A stretch of 64,000 nucleotides of DNA, from assembly GCA_963796055.1 (NCBI GenBank), contig CAWCKH010000004.1:1920001-1984000 (forward strand), written 5' to 3'. This document shows positions 54,595-64,000 of this stretch, in pieces; positions within the stretch are counted from its first letter, which is position 1, and each line of letters starts with the position of its first letter. This DNA is from an uncultured delta proteobacterium. GTDB taxonomy: Bacteria; Myxococcota; Myxococcia; Myxococcales; Myxococcaceae. The position numbers were made by a program, and so were the translations under genes. Below the pieces are notes generated by a model, which searched no databases, was not told the origin of the DNA, and worked only from the letters and a program-made list of their open reading frames with translations.

Positions 54595-54763
54595 AGCGCG
54601 CCTCCAGGATCAGTTTGGAACGGTCACGGCCGGGGGGGGGCTGCGGCCCTCAGGAGGCGTTCCATCGGGTTGCTGGAAGCGCGCTGGAGTAACAGTTTGG
54701 AATGCTCCGCAGGAGCTGCGGACCCCCGCCCCGGGAGACCGTTCCATTCTGATCCTCCAGCGC
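54595..54763. repeat. Two tandem ~85-90-bp palindromic units that can also form one long hairpin (REP/BIME-like)
   Basis: GGATCAGTTTGGAACGGTC (54607-54625) pairs with GACCGTTCCATTCTGATCC (54737-54755, 2 mismatches). Unit A ends GCGCGCCTCCAG/CTGGAAGCGCGC; unit B ends GCGCTGGAG/CTCCAGCGC. CAGTTTGGAA occurs twice. Confidence 0.7.
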
Positions 54764-54894
54764 TGTACGCGAAACCGGCAGTGGCGTCCGTGCTCGAGCG
54801 CGTGCTGGGACCTGTCCGCGGTGGATCAGCCCACGGGGTCGAACGCCAGGAGCCCTACTGGAAGCGCTCATCCTGCTCGCACCGGCGAACGCCG

Positions 54895-56991
54895 TCAGCC
54901 AGCGCGTCCTCCGTCGGCCGGCCGGTAGATCCGCTGAACGTACTCGGACATCATCCGCGCGGTGGTGAACCGGGCGCCCACCGTCCGGAGGGAGGCCTTG
55001 ATGCGCCGCACCCACCCGACCGGCACCCCCGTCGCGTCACGGTCGTGGAAGGACGGCACCACCTCTGTTTCCAGGAGCTCGTAGAGCCTCGTCGCGTCGC
55101 GTGCGTCCTGGCTCTGGTCGTCCTGCATCCCCTCCGCGGACAGCGCCCATCCGTTGATCCCGTCGTACGCCTCGGGCCACCAGCCATCGAGGACGCTCAG
55201 GTTCAGCCCTCCATTGAGCGCGGCCTTCATCCCGCTGGTGCCGCTGGCCTCGAGCGGAGCGCGCGGGAGGTTGAGCCACACGTCGCACCCGGCCACCAGC
55301 GGGCGTGCGATCTCCAGATCGTAGTCCTCGAGGAACGCGACGTACCCTGTCGCCCCGGCCACGTTCTTCAGCTCGAAGATCCGCTGCACCAGCCGCTTCG
55401 CCCCGTCGTCGGAGGGGTGGGCCTTGCCCGAGATGACCAGCTGCAGCCGCCGCGGTCCCTGGAGCAGGGCCAGCGCCCTGGCCGCGTCGCGGATCAGGAG
55501 GTCCAGCCGCTTGTAGGCCGCGACCCGCCGCGCGAAGCCGAGCGTGAGCACCTCCGGGTCGAAGGTCCGGGCCGCCGCCTCCACGTAGGGGATGGGCTCG
55601 CCGCGTGCCAGCCGGTCGACCACCGTCTTGCGGCGCACGAACTCGACCAGCCGGGCCCGGAGCGCTCTGCGCACCGCCCACAGCTCTGCGTCGGGGATGG
55701 CCTCCACCGCCGCCCAGGCCTGCGCGTCGCCGGAGCGCCAGGCAGGGGTGAGCCAGCGGTCGAGCAACGCCTGGAGCTCGGGGGCGATCCAGCTCGCGGC
55801 ATGCACGCCGTTGGTCACGTGGACGATGGGCAGCCCCATCCCCTTCCACATTCCGCGGGCGACCTCGGCGTGCCTGGCGCTGACTGCGTTCGCGCTCCGG
55901 CTGGTCCGCAGGGCGAGCTCGGTGACCCCGAACGAGTCGCCGTCGGGAGGGCGGGCGAGCGCGAGGAACGTTCCCGGGTCGATGCCCAGCTCCTGCGGCA
56001 GGTGCCCCAGGATCTGGAGGATCTCCTCCGCGCCGTAGTGCTCGTTCCCGGCGGGCACGGGCGTGTGGGTGGTGAAGACCACGCGCCGGCGCGCCTCGAC
56101 GAGCGCGCGGTCGAAGCTCAGCCCCGAGCGGACTCCGTCACGGGCGAGCTCCAGGGCGGCGAGCGCCGCGTGGCCCTCGTTGAGGTGGACGGTCGACGGC
56201 TCGATGCCGAGCGCCCGCAGAGCGCGGAGGCCACCCATCGCCAGCACCGCGTACTGCATCACCCGAAAGGTCCGGTCGGCCACGTAGAGCGTGGAGGTGA
56301 TCCATCGGTCCACCGGAGCGTTCCCCGGAAGGTCGGTGTCGAGCAGGAAGAGCGGCACCCGGCCCACCTGGACGTGCCAGATCTGTGCGAGCACCGCATG
56401 GCCGCGGAGGAGCAGCTTCACCTTCCGCGGCTCGCCGCGGCTGTCGACCTCGAGGCGGAGCGGGAGCTCCTCGGGGTCGGCAGTGCTCCACCATTCGTGC
56501 TGCCACCCCGACCGGTCCAGCCGCTGGTGGAAGAAGCCGCGGCGATAGAGGAGGCCGACCCCCACCATGGGCAGGCCGCTGTCAGAGGCCTGCTTCAGCA
56601 CATCGCCGGCGAGCACCCCCAGTCCGCCGGAATAGATGGGCAGCGAGGCGTGCAGCCCGTACTCGGCGCAGAGGAACGCCACCGGGTGCTCCACGGTCAG
56701 CCCGCCGCCGGTGTCGAACGGGCGGGCCAGGTCGGCCTCCAGCGCGTGCACCAGCGCCTCGGCCCGGCCCACCAGACCAGCGTCGCCCGCGACCTGGCTC
56801 AGACGGAGGGGACTGACGTCGCGGAGCAGCTTGACGGGGTTGTGGCCCGAGCTTTCCCAGCGCTCGGGGTCCACGGCCTGGAACACCGTGGAGGCCTCGG
56901 GGTGCCAGCACCACCAGAGGTTGGTGGCGAGCGTGGCCAGCGGCTGCAGGGGAGCAGGGAGCCGCGTGCGGAGCGGCTCCTCGGCGTGCAT
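54895..56991 (-). CDS. glgP: Alpha-glucan (glycogen/maltodextrin) phosphorylase
   Basis: NLWW.W, EYG....LPIYSGGLGVLAGD, HLNEGH, FTTHTPVPAG, TNGVH, FARR.A.YKR, GKAHP, EASGTSGMK. Confidence 0.96.
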   Translation of the reverse strand: MHAEEPLRTRLPAPLQPLATLATNLWWCWHPEASTVFQAVDPERWESSGHNPVKLLRDVSPLRLSQVAGDAGLVGRAEALVHALEADLARPFDTGGGLTVEHPVAFLCAEYGLHASLPIYSGGLGVLAGDVLKQASDSGLPMVGVGLLYRRGFFHQRLDRSGWQHEWWSTADPEELPLRLEVDSRGEPRKVKLLLRGHAVLAQIWHVQVGRVPLFLLDTDLPGNAPVDRWITSTLYVADRTFRVMQYAVLAMGGLRALRALGIEPSTVHLNEGHAALAALELARDGVRSGLSFDRALVEARRRVVFTTHTPVPAGNEHYGAEEILQILGHLPQELGIDPGTFLALARPPDGDSFGVTELALRTSRSANAVSARHAEVARGMWKGMGLPIVHVTNGVHAASWIAPELQALLDRWLTPAWRSGDAQAWAAVEAIPDAELWAVRRALRARLVEFVRRKTVVDRLARGEPIPYVEAAARTFDPEVLTLGFARRVAAYKRLDLLIRDAARALALLQGPRRLQLVISGKAHPSDDGAKRLVQRIFELKNVAGATGYVAFLEDYDLEIARPLVAGCDVWLNLPRAPLEASGTSGMKAALNGGLNLSVLDGWWPEAYDGINGWALSAEGMQDDQSQDARDATRLYELLETEVVPSFHDRDATGVPVGWVRRIKASLRTVGARFTTARMMSEYVQRIYRPADGGRAG

Positions 56992-57104
56992 CGAGCAGGG
57001 AGAGATCGAGGCCACGGGAGACCTCCTGCGGAGGACGTCGGCGCGGACCATCGCTCCCGGACGCCGCGGACGCCAGCGGGCCGTGGCCCTCGCCCTACAG
57101 GCTC

Positions 57105-58466
57105 CTAGGGGACCCTCGCCAGCGATCGGCGCGCCGCCGGGGCACGGCGCTGGTTCCGGTGCACCGGCCTCCGCGCGGGGCTGGCCAGCCGCAGGGTGTC
57201 CAGCTCCTTCTCGAAGGCCTCGACGATGCGCTCCGGATCCGGAACGAGCCCGACGTCGCTGTGAACGCCCACCCAGACGTGCCCGGCGTAGCTGAGCAAG
57301 CTCACTCCGAGTCCGAGGTGCCCCGCGCACGGCACCCAGAACATGGTTTGCCGGAGGCGTGCGCCGAGGATGGAGAGCGGCTCCCGCGGACCGATCACGT
57401 TGGTCACCACCGCGGTGGCCTTGGTGGCGAAGAGGTCGATCACCGCGTCGAACAGGGGGCGTGGCATCCGGCCCAGGAGCCAGAGGAGCGCGAAGGTCGC
57501 CGCCGCGCCCGGCGATGCCTTGAGCGCGCGCATCCGTCGCCGCACCTCGGCCAGACGTCCCGTGGCGCTCTCGATGCCGAGCGGTAGCCCGAGGAACACC
57601 AGCCCGAAGCGGTTGCCCAGCAGATGCGCCTCGCTCGGTGGCCTCAGGTTCACCGGAATCACGCCCCGGACATCCAGCCTCCGCTTCACCGGACCGTGGG
57701 CGTGCAGGTACCGGCGCAGCGCCCCGGCGAGCGCCGCCATCAGCACGTCGTTCACCGTCGAGCCGGTGGCCCGGCCCACCCGCTTGAAGTCCTCGAGGTC
57801 GAACGCCCGCGACCAGACCAGCTTCTTGCCCACGGTCAGCGGGCCCTTGAACCGGGTCATCGGGTCGGGCGTGAGGAGGAGAAGCCGGATCAGCGCCGCG
57901 AGCTGGTCCGCCCCGGCGGGGAGCGCGCGACTGGCGCGGGCCACGCTCGTGCCCAGCATGGCCCAGCGCGAGCGGCGGCCGGAGGACCCGGTGGCCGGGA
58001 CCTCGGGAGGCGCGTCCGCCATCGAGAGGAGCACGTGCACCAGCGCCAGGCCGTCGCCGAGGCAGTGGTGAACCCGGGCGATGAGCGCCGAGCCGCCCTG
58101 GTAGCTGGGGACGAAGTGGATGCGCCAGAGCGGTCGCTTCGGCGGCAGGGGGCGGCTCGCCAGGGAACTAATGAGCGCCTGGAGCGCTGCCTCGTCGGCC
58201 CTGGCCGGGAGCCGCTCGATGACCAGGTGGTGGTCGAGGGAGAACTCCGGGTCGTCCTCCCACGACGGGACGCCCACCCCGGCCAGCGGCCACACGACGC
58301 GCTGGCGGAAGCGGTCGAAGCGGAGCAGGCGGCGCTGGAGCAGGGTGCGAATGCGCTGCGCGCTCACCGGCGTGTCGAGCACCAGAACGCCGTTCACCAC
58401 CATCGGGTTGGTCGGCTCGTCCATCCGGAGCCAGGAGGCGTCGACGCTGCCGAGGGGCGTGCGCAT
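57105..58466 (-). CDS. Wax ester synthase/diacylglycerol acyltransferase (WS/DGAT)
   Basis: D..WL.MD...NPM, RFRQ, RPLW, catalytic HHCLGDG, TVNDV, PVNLR, GN.F, TNV.GP. Confidence 0.93.
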   Translation of the reverse strand: MRTPLGSVDASWLRMDEPTNPMVVNGVLVLDTPVSAQRIRTLLQRRLLRFDRFRQRVVWPLAGVGVPSWEDDPEFSLDHHLVIERLPARADEAALQALISSLASRPLPPKRPLWRIHFVPSYQGGSALIARVHHCLGDGLALVHVLLSMADAPPEVPATGSSGRRSRWAMLGTSVARASRALPAGADQLAALIRLLLLTPDPMTRFKGPLTVGKKLVWSRAFDLEDFKRVGRATGSTVNDVLMAALAGALRRYLHAHGPVKRRLDVRGVIPVNLRPPSEAHLLGNRFGLVFLGLPLGIESATGRLAEVRRRMRALKASPGAAATFALLWLLGRMPRPLFDAVIDLFATKATAVVTNVIGPREPLSILGARLRQTMFWVPCAGHLGLGVSLLSYAGHVWVGVHSDVGLVPDPERIVEAFEKELDTLRLASPARRPVHRNQRRAPAARRSLARVP

Positions 58467-58471
58467 GGCGG

Positions 58472-58903
58472 TCACACGAGGAGGTGCTTCCGGCCGGTCT
58501 GCTCGAGCCACTGCCGGTAGACGGGATGGATCGCGCCGGTCACTGGCGCGAGGCGAAGGATGGTGGGAATCGGGCCGTGGACCTTCACCCGTCCGAGCGC
58601 GATGGCGAGGGCGACGTTCTCCTTCCCCTGGAAGAACCGGTTTGCGGTCTCGCTGGACATGGTGAGGGTGATGGTCGGCGTCGAGCTCGCGGGTCCCCAG
58701 TCCCACTGGAGGTACCGCCCGTTCCGCTCCTCGGAGTCCGGCGCGGCGGTGACGTTGAGCTCCAGACCGAGGTCGGGGAAGACGAACCGGTGGGGCGCAT
58801 GGGCGTCCCGCAGGGTGCGGCCCACCTCGGGATGCTCGTTCATCAGCACGAAGACGTGCTCGAAGACGTCCCTGAACTCCCGAGGGTTGCGAAACCGCTG
58901 CAC
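58472..58903 (-). CDS. SCP2 sterol/lipid-carrier-like protein
   Basis: GGAGG RBS and GTG start; P..TLTMSSETANRFFQGKENVALAIALGRVKV.G resembles the SCP2 C-terminus. Confidence 0.7.
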   Translation of the reverse strand: MQRFRNPREFRDVFEHVFVLMNEHPEVGRTLRDAHAPHRFVFPDLGLELNVTAAPDSEERNGRYLQWDWGPASSTPTITLTMSSETANRFFQGKENVALAIALGRVKVHGPIPTILRLAPVTGAIHPVYRQWLEQTGRKHLLV

Positions 58904-59075
58904 GGGGAACACCTCCCCGGTCGACGCTCCCAGCACGCTCCGTGCCGGCGCCCTGCGCGGGGAGGGCTGCTCGCTTCGACCGCAGTCCATGCGGAGGTTC
59001 GGGCTCCGGAACGCACCGGTTGCGCGTACACGGAGGACACCCCGACATAAGCTCGCGCGCGGGAGACCTGCACCC

Positions 59076-59507
59076 ATGACCCGTCGCATCTGCTGGGCCG
59101 TCGCGCTCGTCGCCGCACTCGTCTGGATGCATCCTGCACGCGCCGGGGGCCTGGAGATTTCCGGCGGGGCGGCGTACTGGACCGAGAGCTCGTCGGCCTT
59201 CTCGGTCACCCTCGGGAAGTTCTGGGACCTGCCGGGCTTCCAGCTGGGGCCGCGCGTGGGCTTCGCCTACGTGACCTCGCCCAACTCCGCAGGCGTTCCG
59301 GCGGACCTGGTGGCCCGCTTCGACATCGGCATCTTCTACGTGGAGGGTCAGGCCGGGGCCTGGTTCCTCTTCTCCCGCGACCCCGTGGTCCGCTTCCACG
59401 CCACCGGTGGCGGGGGGTTCGACCTGGGCATCGTGCGGATCGGCGTGGAGGGCGGATACCTCCACGACGGCGCGCTGTTCGGTGCCCGCGTGTCGCTGGC
59501 CCTCTGA
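59076..59507 (+). CDS. Small secreted outer-membrane beta-barrel-like protein
   Basis: Signal peptide ending ARA; alternating aromatic/Gly beta-strands. Confidence 0.6.
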   Translation: MTRRICWAVALVAALVWMHPARAGGLEISGGAAYWTESSSAFSVTLGKFWDLPGFQLGPRVGFAYVTSPNSAGVPADLVARFDIGIFYVEGQAGAWFLFSRDPVVRFHATGGGGFDLGIVRIGVEGGYLHDGALFGARVSLAL

Positions 59508-59621
59508 AGTACCCCAAAGGTCCAATGGCCGGATCGGGAGGGGGCCCCGTAGCCTCGCTGACTTCCAATCGGTGCGCGCGTGGCGCGGTCGGGCCCACCG
59601 GCACCGGACGAGGAGAAACCA

Positions 59622-60413
59622 ATGCGTTCGCCCGGTGCACTCGGCGTGGCTGCCGTTCGAGGAGCTTTGCTGGGGACCCTGCTGGCCGCCACCACGGCGC
59701 TGGCCCAGTACTACCCGACGCCGCCACCTCCCCCTCCGTCTTCCGCTCCACCCCCCGGCTACTACCCCTCTCCGCCACCGCCGCAGCCCACCTACCCGGT
59801 GCAGTACACGCCTCCTCCGGAGCCGAAGGGCCGCGGGGACATCGAGATCGGCGGCTTCGTCGGATACCAGCTCCCCACTGACGCCTCCGGCCCGAATGGG
59901 AAGATCATCATCGACTCGTCGATCGATTTCGGCGGGTTCATCGACTACTCCGTGCGGCCCGGGTACGGCGTCGAGCTGCTCTACGTCTACGTGCCGACCC
60001 ACGCACGGTTCCAGTCCTCTTTCCCGGGCACGATCCCCGACGGCGAAAAGACCTCGATCGGTACGCACTGGATCCAGATCGGAGGGATCGTCGGTCGGCC
60101 CATGGGGCGCATCGAGCCCTTCGGTGCGATCTCCGCCGGGATGGTGATCATCGCCCCTGACACGCTGACGTTCACCAACGGCACCACCGCCACCGCGAAC
60201 ACCTCGGTGCAGTTCGCCTTCACCACCGGGCTCGGGGTCAAGATCTGGGTGACGGAGATGATCGCCTTCCGCGCCGAGGCCCGCGCGCTGGTGCCGGTGT
60301 TCTTCAGCGGCGGTGGAGTGTGGGTCGGCACCGGCGGGGCGAGCGTCGGTCTGTCGGGAGGAATCCCCTTCGCGATGTTCGACTTCACCGGTGGCCTCTC
60401 GGTGAAGTTCTGA
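59622..60413 (+). CDS. Outer-membrane beta-barrel protein with Pro/Tyr-rich N-terminus
   Basis: AGGAG RBS, signal peptide, QYYPTPPPPP linker, beta-strands, C-terminal GLSVKF. Confidence 0.75.
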   Translation: MRSPGALGVAAVRGALLGTLLAATTALAQYYPTPPPPPPSSAPPPGYYPSPPPPQPTYPVQYTPPPEPKGRGDIEIGGFVGYQLPTDASGPNGKIIIDSSIDFGGFIDYSVRPGYGVELLYVYVPTHARFQSSFPGTIPDGEKTSIGTHWIQIGGIVGRPMGRIEPFGAISAGMVIIAPDTLTFTNGTTATANTSVQFAFTTGLGVKIWVTEMIAFRAEARALVPVFFSGGGVWVGTGGASVGLSGGIPFAMFDFTGGLSVKF

Positions 60414-60420
60414 GCCGACG

Positions 60421-61812
60421 CTAGAACTTGAACGACACCGAGAAGAGCAGGGTGAAGGTGTTGAGCGTCAGCTCGGATGACGGCTGTTCGGGGATCGGCA
60501 GTCCTGAAGGGGGGAAGAGGTTGTCGTTTCCCGTCCCGTGCTCCCACCCGCCGCCGATGGCCGCCGAGAAATTGTCGATCCGGAATGCCACACCGGCGCG
60601 GAAGCCGACCACGTCCACCTTCCGGAATGCCTTGCCGACCGCGGGATCGACCGGCGAGTAGTCGAGGTACGACCCGGCGCTGATGGCGAAGTTCTGCGAG
60701 AGCGCGAAGTGCGCTCCGACGCTCCCGTTCCAGACCTGCCGCGCGCGGTAGGACACACCGGGGAAGGCGACCTGACTGATCACCGGGGTCCCGGTGGTGG
60801 TATCCACCACCCGAACGGTCTGGGTGGAGGCGTAGAGAGGGTAGGCGTCCGTGCCGTCGTGCCACTTGACGTCGATCTCGATGCCAAAGGGCCCGAACTC
60901 GAAGGCCGCCCCCAGGATCGCCTCGAGCGGCTCCTTGTACTGGAAGTCGACGTTGGGGTCCTGGAAGAAGGCCTGCCGTGTGCCGGCGGCACCCACGGTC
61001 AGCGCCTCGTACTGGGTCGAGCCACTGGTCTTGATCTTCAACCCCGGAGTTCGCACCAGCGCACCCAGCTTGAACCAGCTCAGCACATCCCACTGCACCC
61101 CGAACGTCCCACGGAGGTGCAGCGCCGAGCCGGTCACGGCGAGGGTCCGCAGCGTGGACTTGCTCGTCGTCGCGTCGGTGATCTCCCCCGACAGCTCGCC
61201 GGTGCTCTGGAGACTGGTGTACGGAAACTCGATCGAGCCGCCGAGGCGAAGGCTGGGCGCCAGTGCCCATCCCACCGAGAAGGTGGGGGTCAGGGTGTCG
61301 AAGGTCGAGTGGACCGAGTACGAGGCCCGCTGGCCAACTTCGGGAGTGGTGCTGGCGATCACGGTCAGGTTCGAGTGCACCGGGTGCACCACGGCGAAGC
61401 CGATCCGGACCCTTTCCCAGTCGATGACCTCCTTCCCCAGAACCAGGCCCACGAAGCTGGGCAAGGTCTCGAAGGCTCCACCCGAGGTCTGCTCGAAGCC
61501 GCTGCCGCTCAGGGTGGTGAGCTGATACCCCTGGGCGCTGGCATTGAGGACCGTGCGGTCCGCGAGGGCGATGCCGGCCGGGTTGTAGAACAGCGCCGGA
61601 GCGTTCCGGGCGCGGGCGACGACGGCGCCGCCTTCCAGGGACTCGATGAGTCCGGGGTAAACCCGGTCGTAGTTGTTGATGAGCAGCGTGGGTGGCACGG
61701 TGAAGTCCTGCGCTCGCCCCCAGCCGGCGGCGGTGATCGCCAGGAGCAGCGTCCAGCGCCAGACGGCCGACCCGCGTCGGCAGGACGAAGCGGTTCTCTC
61801 GAAGCCGTTCAT
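60421..61812 (-). CDS. FadL/TodX/OmpP1-like outer-membrane transporter
   Basis: Signal peptide, GGA..AR....A.FYNPAG (NPA motif), beta-strands, C-terminal VSFKF. Confidence 0.7.
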   Translation of the reverse strand: MNGFERTASSCRRGSAVWRWTLLLAITAAGWGRAQDFTVPPTLLINNYDRVYPGLIESLEGGAVVARARNAPALFYNPAGIALADRTVLNASAQGYQLTTLSGSGFEQTSGGAFETLPSFVGLVLGKEVIDWERVRIGFAVVHPVHSNLTVIASTTPEVGQRASYSVHSTFDTLTPTFSVGWALAPSLRLGGSIEFPYTSLQSTGELSGEITDATTSKSTLRTLAVTGSALHLRGTFGVQWDVLSWFKLGALVRTPGLKIKTSGSTQYEALTVGAAGTRQAFFQDPNVDFQYKEPLEAILGAAFEFGPFGIEIDVKWHDGTDAYPLYASTQTVRVVDTTTGTPVISQVAFPGVSYRARQVWNGSVGAHFALSQNFAISAGSYLDYSPVDPAVGKAFRKVDVVGFRAGVAFRIDNFSAAIGGGWEHGTGNDNLFPPSGLPIPEQPSSELTLNTFTLLFSVSFKF

Positions 61813-61935
61813 GGCGCTCCCCTTCGCCCGGCCGGCGTCCCGCCCCGGGCTACCGTTTCCCGAACAGCTGGCTCGCAGGAACTGCCCGTCGCCGCTATCG
61901 TCCAAAGTACCTAGGCTTCACCCCGGGGGGGAGCC

Positions 61936-62973
61936 TCAGGTGCCTGTTCGCAGGGCGTCCAGCGTCCGACGCATGAGCCGCCGGCGCACGGCGTCGCTCG
62001 TCGCTGGCTGGGGCCTCGCCCCCCGCACCGTCTGGGAGGGGGACTCGCCGAATACCTCCCGGTAGTAGCGGGAGAACCGGCCCAGGTGCCAGAAGCCGTG
62101 CCGGGTGGCCGCGTCGGAGACGTTGGTCGCCAGCCCGAGCACCAGCGCGCTGTGCACCTGGTGCAGCCGCGCCAGCCGGGCGAAGCGGACGAAGTTGATC
62201 CCGAAGTACTCCTCCACTGCGAGCTGGATGCTCCGCACTGACACATCGAGCTCCCGGGAGGCCGCGGCGAGCGTCACGGGCTGGGCTCCGGGGTCGTCCA
62301 GCTGGCGCCAGAGCCACTCCTCGATGGAGAGGGCCAGCGCGCGGCGGCGCGGGTGCGGCGCCTTGACCTCGTCCTCCGGGGAAGCGGCCCCCGACACCAG
62401 CATCAACCGGAGCAGGTCGAGCATGTCCTCCCGGGCGCGCTGGATGCGCTGTGGCTCGAGCGCCAGGTCCTCGTGCTGGTCCAGCAGCGAGAAGTACCCC
62501 TCGAGGAGCTGGCGCAGCGCCTCGGCGGTGGGCGTCTCGTTCAGCACCACCGGGGTCCGAGCGGGGGTCAAGAACGGGCTGCTCGCGACTCCCGCACTGA
62601 GCAGCGTGGCGTAGGCGCGACCCCCGGCCACGAGTTCGAAGGTACGCGCCTCGACTTGGTTGGAAGCCTCGAACTGGACCCCCGGCGGGGAGATGGCGAC
62701 CAGTCGCCGGCTGGCCGGAACTCCGCTCAGTCGCAAGCCACCCCCGTAGGGGAAGGCCACGTGGACCGCGTCCTCGGCGAGCGTGCCGATGAACCGAACC
62801 GCGCCCAGGATGCGGATGTGCTCCGCGTCCACGCCGTCGCCCAGGTGGACGCGCACGAACTCGTGCCGGAACCGTCCCTCCGCGAGCCGGTAATACACCT
62901 GCGTCCAGCCCGGAGATGGGTGCCGGTTGGTCTCGTCAATGTCCGAGGTCGCGAAGCGTTCGACCAGCTCCAT
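61936..62973 (-). CDS. AraC-family transcriptional regulator (EutR-like)
   Basis: VSVRSIQLA....FG, RL..VH..L, VSDAA...GFWHLGRFS..Y...FGESPSQT. Confidence 0.9.
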   Translation of the reverse strand: MELVERFATSDIDETNRHPSPGWTQVYYRLAEGRFRHEFVRVHLGDGVDAEHIRILGAVRFIGTLAEDAVHVAFPYGGGLRLSGVPASRRLVAISPPGVQFEASNQVEARTFELVAGGRAYATLLSAGVASSPFLTPARTPVVLNETPTAEALRQLLEGYFSLLDQHEDLALEPQRIQRAREDMLDLLRLMLVSGAASPEDEVKAPHPRRRALALSIEEWLWRQLDDPGAQPVTLAAASRELDVSVRSIQLAVEEYFGINFVRFARLARLHQVHSALVLGLATNVSDAATRHGFWHLGRFSRYYREVFGESPSQTVRGARPQPATSDAVRRRLMRRTLDALRTGT

Positions 62974-63275
62974 CCTGGCTCCCAGCGGCATAGACCACGT
63001 GTGCGTGTTCTGGATATCGCAACATCCGACATCTGGGTACGTTGAACACCTAACGAACGGACGGTGGCCTTGGGCTTCGGGAATGCACCGCGGGGTGGCG
63101 AAAAGGGGGGTCACGACGCCTGGAGACCAGGGGCGCCGGCACTGTCTCCTGCGTCGAGATTTCAGGGTTTTGGGGGCTTTCAACTCCCGTCTTCCCTCGC
63201 GGGCGTCCGTCATCGGAGACTCCGAGTGAAACGCGGAAGTCGGCAGCCGTGTAGGGTCGTGAGTGGGAGAGGGCG

Positions 63276-63977
63276 ATGACTCCAATCGCATCGGGACAGG
63301 GGACCGTGCAGCTGATCGAACGCAACGATCGCGAGCGCGAGGCGCTGCAGCTGCTTCTGGAATCGCTGGGCGTGCGGGTCGAGGTCTTCAGCTCCCTGGC
63401 GGAGCGTGCCGCGCGTGCGGTGGGCTCCGGCCAGTGCCTGCTCTGCGGGGTGGACGGGGTCGGCCCGCGGTGGCGCGAGTTCGACGACCTCCTCGGCGAG
63501 ATGGGCGAGGGGATGCCGGTGGTCCTGCTCGGTCGGGCCCCGCCGCTATCCTTGGTGGTCCGTGCCCTGAAGGCCGGCGCGGTGGACGTGCTCCGTAAGC
63601 CGGTCGACGCCCACGACCTCCGGCGCGCGGTGGAGGAGGCCCTGGAGCGGAGCGATTCGGAGCGGGTGCACCGCACGCGGATCCTCGAGCTCCGCCAGCG
63701 GCTGGACCGCCTCACCGCCCGGGAGCAGGAGGTCTTCGACCGGCTCATCACCGGCCAGCTGAACAAGCAGGTCGGCGCGGAGCTGGGCATCACCGAGCGA
63801 ACGGTGAAGGCCCACCGCGCCTCCATCCTCCGCAAGGTCGCGGTCGGCTCGGTGGCCGAGCTGGTTCGCCTCGCCACCACCCTCGAGTTCGCGCGCGAGC
63901 AGATGCTCGAGCGCGCCGGGATCGCCAGCAAGCAGATCCTCGCCACCTCCGACGAGGCGAGTCCGGTCACGGTGTGA
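63276..63977 (+). CDS. FixJ/TodT-like LuxR-HTH regulator with degenerate receiver
   Basis: RALKAGAVDVLRKP, LTAREQEVF..LITGQLNKQVG.ELGITERTVKAHRA; receiver acidic residues are missing. Confidence 0.88.
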   Translation: MTPIASGQGTVQLIERNDREREALQLLLESLGVRVEVFSSLAERAARAVGSGQCLLCGVDGVGPRWREFDDLLGEMGEGMPVVLLGRAPPLSLVVRALKAGAVDVLRKPVDAHDLRRAVEEALERSDSERVHRTRILELRQRLDRLTAREQEVFDRLITGQLNKQVGAELGITERTVKAHRASILRKVAVGSVAELVRLATTLEFAREQMLERAGIASKQILATSDEASPVTV

Positions 63978-64000
63978 GCGCGCGGGCGCCGGTTCCACCG

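Noticed and set aside
54595..54763. Integron attC sites (also considered for 4652-4997)
   Set aside because: No properly placed RYYYAAC/GTTRRRY ends, no cassette ORFs between the units, and no integrase in the window.
59510..59530. CCCAAAGGTCCAATGG and a loosely similar CCAAAGTACCTAGG (~61902) as LuxR/FixJ-type operator sites
   Set aside because: The similarity between the two is weak and cannot be distinguished from chance by eye.

Overview
Very GC-rich bacterial chromosomal segment, most likely from Myxococcota (inferred from gene content and a Myxococcus-type LexA box). No rRNA, tRNA, CRISPR array, transposase or phage gene was recognised. Main content, left to right: (i) a large Lhr helicase and an internally deleted Nei glycosylase; (ii) a complete alternative complex III (actABCDEFG) + SCO + A2-type caa3 oxidase operon, ending in a thioredoxin/TPR lipoprotein; (iii) a ligase-associated DNA-damage exonuclease and an ATP-dependent ligase with a penicillin-acylase-family gene between them; (iv) NfeD/SPFH, a flavoprotein and a DPP-III-like peptidase; (v) a membrane-tethered sigma54 activator followed by tandem palindromic sites and a -24/-12 promoter; (vi) msrPQ, an SDR, an unknown Zn-ribbon gene behind a LexA-type box, a Cu-ATPase, an M14 peptidase and ogt/alkA; (vii) DUF1800/DUF1501, amtB, an esterase, glgP, WS/DGAT + SCP2, three outer-membrane beta-barrels, an AraC regulator and a pseudo-receiver LuxR. 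Three +1 frameshifts (lhr, actB, sigma54 activator) all fall at GATC(T)-like sites, probably methylation-linked sequencing errors. Three unexplained structured non-coding elements lie at ~4.65-5.0 kb, ~46.5 kb and ~54.6 kb. All calls come from motif recognition by eye; no database search was run, and start codons are best guesses.
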